Positions 10,942 through 22,071 of a DNA stretch of 64,000 nt are shown in pieces (within the stretch, counting starts at the first letter, position 1; each line of letters opens with the position of its first letter). This DNA comes from Azolla caroliniana (Eukaryota > Plantae > Polypodiophyta), in NCBI GenBank assembly GCA_043228905.1, contig JBHGNT010000021.1, positions 4,650,001 to 4,714,000 on the forward strand, written 5' to 3'. Below the pieces are notes generated by a model. That model was not told the DNA's origin. It saw only the letters and a program-made list of their open reading frames with translations, and searched no databases. The position numbers and the translations under genes are program-made.

Positions 10942-13900
10942 TCATGTGTTCATGACACTATCCCTCCTTCGAGAACGCCGAGTGGAAGTCGGCGTTAACA
11001 TTGTTGGGCCGGGCTTGTTTGGATAGTGACGATGGAAGTCGTTGACCAGAGCTTCAACATTACAAACGTTATCGATGGGTTCCCAAGTGCGATCACTCGG
11101 AGGATAACCAAGCCAATCAACTAGATAATAAAGCTTATTGCGCACAATATTAGAATCGAGAATAGCAACTACCTCGTATTCGGGGCCGTCCACAAGTTGT
11201 ACAGAAGGCGGTGGTGGCACGACACGATCAGGAATTAAAGAGGTGTGGCAAGGTTCCAAAAGAGAGCTATGAAAGACAGGGTGAAGCCGCATATGTGCAG
11301 GAAGGTTAAGACGAAATGTTGCATCATTAATCTGCGTCGTGATGACAAAAGGACCTAAGCGTTGATAGTCAAGCTTAGCACACGGTCGGGTAGTCTTGAT
11401 GTGACGACGAAGCAACCATACACGGTCACCAACCTTAAACGGAGACTTAAGACGATTTCGATCGGCATTGGTCTTATGGTGTGCTTGCGCTTTCTGAAGA
11501 TGTGACGATAACTCGAACTGGATTTGTTGTAGTCGGTGGAGGTGATGCGCTGCACTAGGGTTTCGTGACACCTCAGGAAGATCCAGTATACACCATCGAG
11601 GGTGGTTGCCGGTGTAGGCAAAGAAAGGTGTAACTTTGGTAGAAGAGTGGACCGTGTTGTTGTATGCAAACTCGGCAAGATGTAAAATTTTATTCCAATC
11701 ATCTTGTTGATAACTAATGAAACATCGAAGATATTGCTCGAGCGTTTGATTTGTGCGCTCTGTTTGTCCGTCAGTTTGTGGATGATAAGCCGAAGAGAGT
11801 TTGCAAGAGATTTTGAGGCCTGCCCATAGGTGCTTCCAAAAGTGTGAGATAAATTGAGGACCTCGATCGCTAATAATATCATTCGGGAGACCATGATGGC
11901 GAAACACTTCACGCATAATGAGATCTGCAGTTTCTTCACTATTGGTGGTCTTTACACATGGTACAAAATGTGCCATCTTGGTGAACCGATCCACTACTGT
12001 TAAAATAGTATCAAAGCCTTTGGAAGGTGGCAGATCCGTAATGAAATCCATAGAAATAGACTGCCATGGCTTGTTGGGAGGGGGTAATGGTTGTAGTAAG
12101 CCATAAGGGTGATGCCGGGGTATTTTGGCGCGACAGCAGGTGTCACAAGTGCGAACATAATCTTTGACAAATTTTTGCAAGTGAGGCCACCAAAACGAAC
12201 GTTTCACCAGCTCAATGGTCTTGGAAATACCAAAATGTCCAGTCATGGGGGCATCATGACAATGTTCCAACACTTGAAGTCGGGGTGATCCGTCAGGGAC
12301 GTAAAGGAGACTCTTGTAGAAGAGTAAACCATTTTGCCACTTGAAGTCCTGATAATGTTGAGATGACCCTGGCAATGTGGAGCAAGATGGACGACTTGAA
12401 CCACAGTGGGCTAAGACATCCTTAGCAAAATCATCTGAATGAAGTTGTTGCCGAATACTGTCAAGAAGGGTAGAATCAAGTGGTGTGGCATAAATTGTTG
12501 TTACCTGTAGCTTTGATGGCCCGAGGAGAGTTTGCTTTTGATTGTCAAAGGCCGGATCTCCAGGTCGAAGTGCTAGATACGAACGCTGAGACAGAGCATC
12601 TGCTTTCCCTTGTTGTTTTCCGGGCGAAAAATGATCTTGAAATTGAAACGCGTTAGAAATTGGGCCCACCGAGCTTGTCGTCTATTTAATACTCGAGCTG
12701 TTTGAAAATATGTGAGATTTTTGTGATCACTATAAATGATAATCTGATGAGGTGATCCTTCTAGAAAATGACGCCATTGCTCGAATGAGTCGACCACAGC
12801 TAGTAACTCCTTGTCATGCACCTCATAGTTTATCTCCGAAACAGTAAACTTTCTCGAGTGAAACGCGACTGGATGTATCTGCCCGTCCTCGCCTGGTTGC
12901 GATAGGATACTCCCCAATGCAAAGTCTGATGCATCCACCTCAATAGTAAAAGGCTTTTCAGGATCAATATGTGCTAGGATGGGTGCTGATGTGAATGCCT
13001 CTTTCAGCTTTGTAAAAGCCTTGTCCGCTTCGATACTCCAAAAAAATGCTTGATTTTTCTTGGTGAGTTGACTAAGGGGCAACACAATGCTTGAATAATT
13101 ATGTATGAATTTGCAATAGAAGTTCGCAAATCCAAGGAAACACTGGACATCCTGAACTGAGCATGGGGGTTTCCATTCCAATATTGTTTGGACTTTTGCC
13201 GGGTCCATGAAAACACCCTGGGATGAAATAGTGTATCCCAAAAATTCGACTTGTTTGCAATCAAAACTGCATTTCTCAAGTTTGGCGTAAAGACCATACT
13301 TCCTTAGGCGTTCAAGTACTTGCCGCACATGTATATCATGCTCCCCCTGTGTTTTAGAGTAAATCAATAGATCATCTAGGTAGATGATTAGAAAAATATC
13401 CAAGAAATCCCAGAAGATGTCATTTGCCATATGTTGGAATACGACAGGTGCATTTGTGAGCCCGAAAGGCATGATTGTATACTTGAAATGACCATACCGA
13501 GTACGAAATGTTGTTTTCCACTCATCTCCCGGCCGAATTCGAACAAGATTATATGCACCCCTTAGATCAATTTTGGTAAAATGCTTTGCCCCACCAATGC
13601 GTTCTAAGAGATTGGAGATTAAAGGTAAAGCATACCTATTCCTTATGGTGACTTTATTTAAGCCTCGATAGTCCACGACCAAGTGAAGGGAGCCGTCCTT
13701 TTTCTTCACAAAAAAGATAGGAGCACCAGCTGGAGACTTTGAATGTCGAATAAACCCACGTGCAAGATTTTCCTCGATGTATTCTCGAAGACCCTCAAGC
13801 TCAGTGGGTGATAAATTGTAAATCGGACCCCACGGAGGCTCTTTTCCTGGTTGGAGATCAATAGGACAGTCGTACGGCCGATGCTTTGGAAGAACACTAG

Positions 13901-14570
13901 CTTTGACTTTGTCGAAAACATCAGCATAGTCTTGATATTTTTGGGGAATTTGGATGTTCGAATTCCCTTGAGTGACACTAGAAGGTGTCACTGATACTAC
14001 AAATAAGAAAAGGTCCTCCTTGCCTCCCACTTGGTGCAATTGTTGCAATGTGATGGCTGAAATTTGATGAGAAGGATATGGTGCATCGGTAGAACTATAT
14101 ACTTTGGGAGGATAATCCCGAGTTCGATCCTTGACAATGATATTTTCTGCTAAAGGGCACCTAATTTCTCGCTTCCTCCAATCGATTCTAGGGTTATGTA
14201 GCTCGAACCATGGCAAACCGAGGACAATTGGATGCTCAGGACTACGGATTATATTAAAGGAAACTACACATCCTAAATCACCCAAGAGTATGTGTATTGG
14301 CTCAGACTCTTCAAATATCTTCCCGGAAGCTATGGGGCGTCCATCAATCACTACTACGGAAACTGGACAAGGAAGTGTATGCAAGGATATTTGGTGTTTT
14401 TGGGCAAAATCTCTATCCATGAAACAAGAATTGGCTCCAGTATCTAAGAGGGCTTGGACTTGAAGTTGAAAACTGGGTGTCCTAACTTGTACTAGGGCTG
14501 AGAAGACTCTACTAACATGCTTGGAAGAAATGGAACCCACACTAGGTTGTACATATCTAGGGTTGTCCAA
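10942..14570 (-). pseudogene. pol: pol of element D (PR-RT-RH-INT-chromodomain) with one frameshift near 12630
   Basis: ALLDTGA, YLDD, DASD, HHCC, DRG, GPF and EYEVVAILDS...YLVDWLGY...TWEP. Confidence 0.95.
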
Positions 14571-14596
14571 CCAAATGGCTCCTATTTTGGCCGGAC

Positions 14597-15782
14597 TTAT
14601 TCGTTTGACTCCTCTTCTAATTGGCTTAGGACTTCAAATTTATTGGACAAGGGTGGATTATTCATAATATTAGATTCACTAACTACTTCTAAAATGTTGG
14701 ACTCATTTTTATTGTCATAGTGAATTTGATTTACCTGACGTCTCGGCCTACGGGAGCAATGAATGGCTATATGTCTTGGACCTCCACAATATAAGCACAG
14801 ATGGTTTGCTCGACAACGTTGCTTCTCTTTGTCTGACAACGGTCCTCGTCTTTGAGTCATATCGATCTCCATGGGTGTAGGACTATCCATTGGGACTGGA
14901 CTACGTGTTTGCCTTGGAGTTGGAGCAGGGCTATACATTTGCCTTGGGGATGATTGCGCCGTTACTGATGCATAAGTTGGTGTGAATCTAGATCTTGTTA
15001 TTTGTTGTTGTCGCTCACATCGACGCTCAAAGAGGCGATTATCACACAGTATTGCTCGACTAATAGCTTCTGTAAGTGACCTTGGATCCTCGGGGAAGGT
15101 AAGAAGTAAGTCTTTGACATCACTACGAAGGCCTGAACGGAATTGCTCCATTAGGGCTTGTTCATCCCAAGGAATATCGCTTGCGATGAGACGGAAATTG
15201 GCAGCATATGTTGAAGCTGGTTGATCACCTTGACGAAGTGTACAAATCTTGTTGATAGCTGTTCTCGCCCCATCAGTATCTCCGAAACAAGCCTTAAATT
15301 CCTTGATAAATTCCTCGAAATTATTCAATAGAGGAGAATTGGTCTCTAGCAATGGAGCAAACCACGACAACGCTATGCCAGTCAATAAAGTGCCCACTAG
15401 CCTGACTCATGATGCATCTGTTGGATAACGTGCGGGATGCATTTGAATCACCAACCGTACTTGATTCAAAAAACCTCGGAAATGCGCCCTCGACCCATCA
15501 AATTTAGCTAGGAGGCTAATTTTGGGCTCCTTGATAAGTCCCTGACCTTCAACCCTTTGTTGTTGTAACACGACGATTGTCGACTCTAACTGTTGCACTC
15601 GTCGCGTGAACTCCTCTTGTTGTTGCTTCTCTATAGTAACCTTTTGTAGATCCCCAAGTAGACGTTGATTCTCTACTTCACGAGATGCGAACTTGGATTT
15701 AAGGTTCTCCATTTCTGCAACAAGGGTGAGATATTCTTATGAGTTAATTGCAGCCATGGTTTCAGGATGGTTACAAAGGAGG

Positions 15783-15821
<39 letters not shown>

Positions 15822-16080
15822 CCTGACCTTCAACCCTTTGTTGTTGTAAGTCCTTGATAAGTCCCTGACCTTCAACCCTTTGTTGTTGTAACACGACGAT
15901 TGTCGACTCTAACTGTTGCACTCGTCGCGTGAACTCCTCTTGTTGTTGCTTCTCTATAGTAACCTTTTGTAGATCCCCAAGTAGACGTTGATTCTCTACT
16001 TCACGAGATGCGAACTTGAATTTAAGGTTCTCCATTTCTGCAACAAGGGTGAGATATTCTTCTGAGTTAATTGCAGCCAT
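14597..16080 (-). pseudogene. gag: gag of element D; premature TGA at 15407 and 5' part duplicated in tandem
   Basis: EPKI...KFDG, LRQG..A..Y...F, PTPMEID and a CLYCGGPRHIAIHC zinc knuckle. Confidence 0.9.
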
Positions 16081-16105
16081 GGTTTCAGGATGGTTACAAA
16101 GGAGG

Positions 16106-16157
<52 letters not shown>

Positions 16158-18015
16158 GAATCAAACTGTCAGAACCAAGGATAAAAGATAGAGTGATGGA
16201 AGAAGGATAGAGAAGAATGGATGTAGAAGATAGAGAAAGAAAGAGAATGGATACAAGATATGTAATGAGAGCTAAAGACTGGTGTTGATTCGAATTGATT
16301 TGAGAATACGTGTATGCGCTTATTTATAGGTTCCTATAGAATAGCTTAGAGATTTCTAGAATGTTCTAGAATGTTCTAGACCTAGAATGCTCTAGGACAT
16401 TGTAGAACATTCTAGAATAATCTAGAGTTTTTACAATAATCAATGTAATACAAGAAGTAGCTTTTATTGTTTCATATAACAATAAGCTATCTTAATGGTT
16501 GAGGTTTTCAAGTATGAATTACAAGGTTCGAGGTTCAAGTCCGGGTGACGCCATAATGGTCATGTGTTCATGACAAGAGGTGACACACACATGAAGGAAA
16601 TAGGACATAACAGACAAAGAGGAAGATAGAAAGAAGAGAAAGATGAAGTACAAAGCAGAAAATGAGACAGAACAAAAGAAAACAAAAGGAAGAAAAAGAA
16701 CCAAAGAAGGAGGAAGACATGGCGGGAAACGACAAGAAGAGCAGCAGAAACTAAGAAGAAAGAGAGATGGAATCGAAGACAAAAGCAAGGAAGAAGGAAA
16801 AAGAAGAGGAAGAAACCGCAAGAAAATACATTGATGAAGAAGAAGAAACAAAAGATAAACAGAAGACAGGGAAGATGAAGAAGCAAATGAAATAACGTGG
16901 ATAGAAAGGAAAACGAGGGAAAAAGAAAGAAGAATAGAAACGGACAAGAAGAAAGAAAAAGTAAACCTGGTAGCGGGAAAGAAGAAAACGGAGAAGAGGA
17001 AGCAAAGAATGATATCAGAGACAGGAAAAAAAAGAAGAAGAAGAGAGAACCATAGGAATTTCGAAACTACTTTCGAAAAAAAGAAAAACCTAAGGGCATT
17101 GTTGGAATTATAAAAACATGAGGGTACATGATACAATTTTCAAAATCCAAGGGCATTGTCATTGGTTTAGAAAATTTCAGGCTACAATACCTAAATTTAA
17201 AAACTTATCCACCTAAAGAAATGGACGTGCTCGACCATGACAACCCACACAAAAATTAAAGGAAGAACACACATACATACAACATAATTTTGACGACCCG
17301 AATGATTTTACAAAGTTCGTAAGTCGACAGAACGAGAATGTTCGTGTCACGGAAGATTTGCTGACCGAAAAAGATGTTCGAGTCAAGCACTCCGATCGAG
17401 GGAGTCGATCAATGAAAGGACCGATGGAAGTTCCGGTCAAAGAAATACCATCATCAAGGCATGTGGGATCGACGTGCAAGGCACTTTCCCACGGGCGTGC
17501 CATATTGTGTTACCCCGTACGAGATGTACGGAGAGTCAAGTGTGATGAGCGAGGGTCGAATGTTATCCTGATGTTGTGTATGTGTAGGGGGTATAAATGT
17601 AGTTGTGAGTCTATACGTATGTGAACACATGCACACGTGTGTGCATGTGGATGGATACGAGGAGGTATGAGTGACTGTCCAGTATGAAGGCTCAATGGGG
17701 CTTACACCCCTATGTATCTACCCCCTCTTGTACTATTTAACCTCTTATGGGGAGTGAATGAAATATGAATAACCATTTCTCTCTCAATCTCTCTCTCTCT
17801 CATCATCTCTCTCTCTCTTCCCTCTCCTTAACGTTGAACCCCCTTGGGAGGGGGGTGGAGCCATTCTAGGCACCACCCCCCACCCCACAATGCTTCTCAA
17901 TGCACATGATCTCTCTCACCATCAATCCCATACTCTCCATCATCATCATAACCACCATGTCTATCTTTATCATGATTATTATCGTCCTTAACCCTGACCC
18001 TAAAATCATATAACA

Positions 18016-18491
18016 GGATTGTGTGTATCCCTGTCAGAGGGACAGGGAATAAACGGAATAGGACAAGAGAAAAGGGGTATCGCGCGCGAGGGAGGAGGGG
18101 GTGCTGCTGCAGATTTGGGTGCGAAGCCTCTCTCTTCTCCTCCGGCCGTCGTTCTCTGTGGGTGTCGGAAGTTCGCTACCTCTGCTTTGGGGACAGCCTC
18201 TGTGCTTCCAGCAGAGTCTCTCCTTTTCCCCCTTTTGTTTCTGGGAGTCTTGTGACTGTCGTCGGTGTGCGTGAGTAGGGTCCCCGTGTCGGGTCCGTCG
18301 CCGCCTTGTCGGTTGTAACCGTCGGAGTTTGTAATCTGTTGTCATTGTAATTAAGTGTTACGTTCTATATCTCTCCTTCTCGCTTCTACGTGGCTATGAA
18401 TCTCTTTCCCTGTCTCTGTCTCTCTCGCTCCTCGGTCCAAGACCCCTGTGGTCCCGCCCCTTTCTACACGTATGCGCGTAACAACGCGACA
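18016..18491 (+). repeat. Distal part of the element A 3' LTR (proximal part 8880-9020)
   Basis: Joined with 8880-9020 it reproduces the uninterrupted 616-bp copy at 24030-24645. Confidence 0.92.
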
Positions 18492-18495
18492 ACGT

Positions 18496-18889
18496 AAAAT
18501 GGATTACAAAGAGTAGGCTACAAAATGGTGTTGAACCAATTTAGGTTTGGGATGGGTGATAGATCCCTATTTATAAGTAATAGAGAACACTCTAGAATAT
18601 TCTAGGTTATCCTAGAATGTAGAGTAATCTAGAAGATCTATAGAGTATTCTAGAAGGTTCTAGTGGTATAGAACACTCTAGAATATTCTAGGTCACTCTA
18701 GAATGTAGAGTAATATAGAATATTCCTATGATATTAGATTTCATATTCTAGAAACTATACATATAAGAATATTGATACAATGGTTAAGGATTTGACATGT
18801 GTACAACAAGGTCGTTGGTTCAAATCCTTTCGAGTCATAATGTGACTATCAAGATCCTTTCGATGCATGATGTGAGTGTTGTCATGACA
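18496..18889 (-). repeat. Partial chromovirus-type LTR into which element A inserted (second copy 24650-25043)
   Basis: Ends CATGACA like the D and G LTRs; carries the GTTGAACCAATT self-priming motif, TATA, TCTAGA/HSE arrays and an A/B box at 18773/18817. Confidence 0.8.
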
Positions 18890-18894
18890 GACGG

Positions 18895-19544
18895 TGTCTC
18901 GGTTTTCAGCGGGTACGTGTAGGATCTTAGGCGGGACCGTGGGGGTCTTGGACTAGGGAGATGGATAGTGGAGTCCTTAAGCTTTGTAGGCTTCGGTCCG
19001 GAATCGGCTTCCGGCTCCAACGAATGTAGGGTTTAACAAAAGACAGTTCACTGCGAATATGGATCCGACTCAAATATGTTACAAGGGAGATAGATATACA
19101 CGAACATGAATATATATTATAAGAGTCTTACAACAAGACGGTTACATGCCCCGAATCCGGTGGCTATTACATATCAATAGGCTAATACAACAAGTTAAGA
19201 AAGGGAACCGGTGAAGGTGAGTCGAGTGGGCTACCGGGACCGCGACATCCACCATTGGTCACGCCCCGAAGACGGTGGAGTGTTCCCATGCCACTTCGTC
19301 CTCCCTTCTCGAATCGGCTGCCACACGAAACGCTCTCCATCGAGGAGAGGAAACTGAATCACCAAGTGCTACTTCGTCCTCCCTTCTCGAATCGGCCGCC
19401 ACATGAAACGCTCTCCATCGAGGAGAGGAAACTGAATCACCAAGTGCTACTTCGTCCTCCCTTCTCGAATCGGCCACCACACGAAACACTCTCCATCGAG
19501 GAGAGGAAACTGAATCACCAAGTGCTACCACCGGAATGCCTAAA
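18895..19544 (-). repeat. Truncated copy of the Phygy-like solo LTR (complete copy 25049-26019) with a 78-bp x3 tandem expansion at 19291-19527
   Basis: Matches 25049-25521; the unit is single in the second copy. Confidence 0.85.
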
Positions 19545-19701
19545 CCGAATGGTCTAAAACCAAGGAGTGCGTGCTATGGTTCTCGACAAAACTATTGGAT
19601 GGAGGGTAAATACCATAAGAAAGGAAAGGAGAAATGTGAAGAGTAGAGTAGAGTACTGTGTGTGTGTGAGAGAGAGAGAATTGAGACAACTTATATTAAG
19701 G

Positions 19702-19757
19702 AAGGCCTTATTGCAAACTAGTTTTGCTCATACGAGCTCATCAGTGCAATAGGCCTT
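19702..19757 (-). ncRNA. Minimal type I hammerhead ribozyme (core GAAA decayed to AAAA)
   Basis: The - strand reads AGGCCTATTGCA-CTGATGA-GCTC gtat GAGC-AAAA-CTAG-TT-TGCAATAAGGCCT: stem I, core, stem II and palindromic CTAG stem III. Confidence 0.8.
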
Positions 19758-20084
19758 GTTTTTACAAAATAGAGATATATATATAGTGAAGATGGGGTAA
19801 GAGAGGGGGGGGGGGGGGGGGGGGTGATGAGTGCATATAATGAATGTGTGGTAGTCGAAGAGTGAGAGTAATGACATGTAGAGAGAGTGAGAGAGAGAGA
19901 GAGAGAGATTTAAATGTCTATCAAGGGTAGTTAAGGTGTATAAAAGGGTATGTTTTAAGGGGATGTGATGTAAGGTGAGTTGATATAATTGGGGTGATAA
20001 GGAATAATGAGGGTAATAAGGGGAGAGTATGTTAATGTATTCTAAGAGGGTACTAAAGGAGGATAAGGGGATGCTAGGGATAGA

Positions 20085-21935
20085 TTATGGGATAAGTAAG
20101 GGTGGTGAGGTGGGTGGGGATCTAGTAAATTTAGTTTGGACTAAAAGTGAGTGTAGGGTTTTAGATTTAGTCCAACAAACTAGAGGTTTGGGGATACTAC
20201 ATAGTTGGGGATCCTTCATAAAATCACTATATAGGTTAGTTAGAAAAGTTTCAATACCTAGTTTAGGGGTGTTATGGGTATATCTTAGTCTAAAGATGGT
20301 TAGGGTAAGAGAAGCTTTAGTTTTAGGCTTAAAAAGGAGTGATTGTCTAAGAGAATAAGGGTATTTCCTAAAGTTCCTAAGGATGAAATTGGGTGGGTAT
20401 CCTCTTTTGGTAAGCCTACGAAAAAATAAGTTTCTCATATTAGAATAGCCTAAAGGCGTGCTTTCTCTAATGAGGTATCTTTTGAGCTCGTTAGATATGA
20501 AGCTATGCTTTACTTGGAGAGGATGGTTAGATGAAAAAGGAAGGTATTGATAGGTATTAAGGGATTTTTGAAAGCAGTTAAAGGAGAATTTGTCATTAAG
20601 AAGGTTGATCCATATATCTAGAAAGGAAAGCCTAGTCGGAGAGGTTTGTATGGTGAGTCTAATAGAATTATTGGTAGTGTCACCATAGAATTTTAAGAAG
20701 TCTAAAAGTTGAGGTTTGGTGCCTGTCCATACTCCAAAGGCATCGTCTATATACCTAGTGAAGTAGAAGAGGTGGGGGGAAGGATGAGAATTTTCTAAGT
20801 GTGATAGGAAGAGACACGTGTATGCAACAGAGAAGTTGCTACCCATGGCAGTGCCCTTAATCTGTTGGTAGATTTGATTGTCAAACATTAGGAAATGATA
20901 TTCTAAGGTTAGGGCGCTAAGGTTATATATAAGATTAGTCTTATTTATTGAGAAATGAGGGGAGATAATATTCCTAAGGGCTTCGCGTCTTAATTTCGGT
21001 GGGATGCTAGGATAGAGGGACTCAATATCAAAGGTAAAAATGAAACTATTTGGGGGAGGGTTTAGATTTTCTAAGGTTTGGATGAGGGAGTGAGAATCTT
21101 TTAGATATTGCTTTTGAGTTAATAGGATAGGTAGGAGTTGATAGTGTAACCATTTCGATGTTTGTTCAAAGATGGATTTGTTATATGAACATATAGGTCT
21201 AAATCTGAAAGGTGTCTTATGAATTTTAGGGAGAAAGTAGATATTGGCTACTCTATAACCTTGGGGTGGTTTGTGGAGAATGTAGTTGGCTTCTAATATA
21301 GAGAGGGTTCCTAGATTATTTCTAACTATAGTATTTAATCAATCTAAGAGTTCTCCTAACGGAAAGTGGGTCATTAGTTTGTAAGTGGTGGTATTTGAGA
21401 GATGGGTTATAGCTTTAGTATAATATAGGTCTCTATCTAAGACACAAACTCCTATATTTTTATCGGCGAGTAAGATAAGGATTTTAGTATTTCTCTTAAG
21501 GCTATTGAGGGCTAAGACAAGGTGGTATGGGGGTTTAGCATACTTAATTTTAGTGTTTAGTAGTTGTTCTTGTAGGATACTATTGTATTTTTCAATAAGG
21601 GTTTCTAAGGGAAGGTATTTAGATGGAGGGTTCCAGGTGGGGTTAGGTAATTTGAAGGGATTAGGTGGGGTAGTATCACTATTTCTAAAGAAGTGTCTAA
21701 GGTGTAGTGATCTACTAAGGTTGGTATATTCTTTAAGGATGTTTTGAGGGGAGGGTGGGGGGGAAGGGGGGATGTATTTTAGTCCTAAGTTTAATAGTTG
21801 TGTTTCGTTTTTACTAAGTGTGTAAGTGGACAAGTTATGTAGACTAAGGCTAGTACGAGGGGTATAAGCTAAAGGTTTCCAAAATTTAGTCCTAGGTCTA
21901 TTCCTACGGGTTTTCTTAGAGGTAGGGTAAAACAT
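20085..21935 (-). pseudogene. Penelope-like reverse transcriptase (stop at 21339)
   Basis: NLSTYTLSKNETQLLNLGLKYIP, ADKN, LPKIHKTPFRFRPI, TFDIESLYPSIP, GTAMGS, RYIDD, FLD and the C-terminal HP...RGYP thumb. Confidence 0.9.
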
Positions 21936-22071
21936 GAATTTTTATTATTAGTATTCCCCAACCACATAAAAGTGTCAGGGGTTGAGGTTTGTCTATTGAG
22001 AAGGTAGAAGATTCGTTTTATAGGATGTATGGCGTGTCTAAAGTGTCGATTCACACGTTTAGCACGCCGTG

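Larger units (their letters stand above)
10549..16575 (-). mobile_element. Element D: Tcn1-like chromovirus (Ty3), self-priming, nearly intact
   Basis: 409-bp LTRs 10549-10957 and 16167-16575 (one difference seen). TSD GGAGG/AGAGG. PPT GAAGGAGGGATAG. Domain order gag, PR, RT, RH, INT, chromodomain. Confidence 0.95.
9021..18015 (+). mobile_element. Element C: non-coding (LARD/TRIM-like) LTR element, ~3 kb without nested D, inserted in the 3' LTR of A
   Basis: LTRs 9021-9530 and 17508-18015 (TGTTAC...TAACA, about 9 differences). PBS TGGCGACCAC at 9536-9545 is tRNA-Arg-like. No gag or pol motifs internally. No clean TSD. Confidence 0.85.
1..18491 (+). mobile_element. Element A: Ty3/gypsy non-chromovirus LTR retrotransposon (Phygy-like), 5' part outside the window, interrupted by elements B (2825-8645) and C (9021-18015)
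   Basis: RT (FLDDIP), RNaseH and integrase in gypsy order, no chromodomain. PPT TGGTGGGGGTGGA precedes the 3' LTR, which starts TGTCGTGAAGA at 8880 and ends CAACGCGACA at 18491. Right flank ACGT. Confidence 0.9.

Noticed and set aside
16519-17136. 205-aa hydrophobic ORF as an env-like membrane protein (also 9955-10638)
   Set aside because: F/L/S-rich translation of the complement of a purine-rich tract; open in several frames, no motifs.
19760-20084. GIY-YIG endonuclease downstream of the PLE RT
   Set aside because: No ORF or GIY-YIG/CxxC motif visible here or upstream of the RT; an N-terminal EN in the missing 5' part cannot be excluded.
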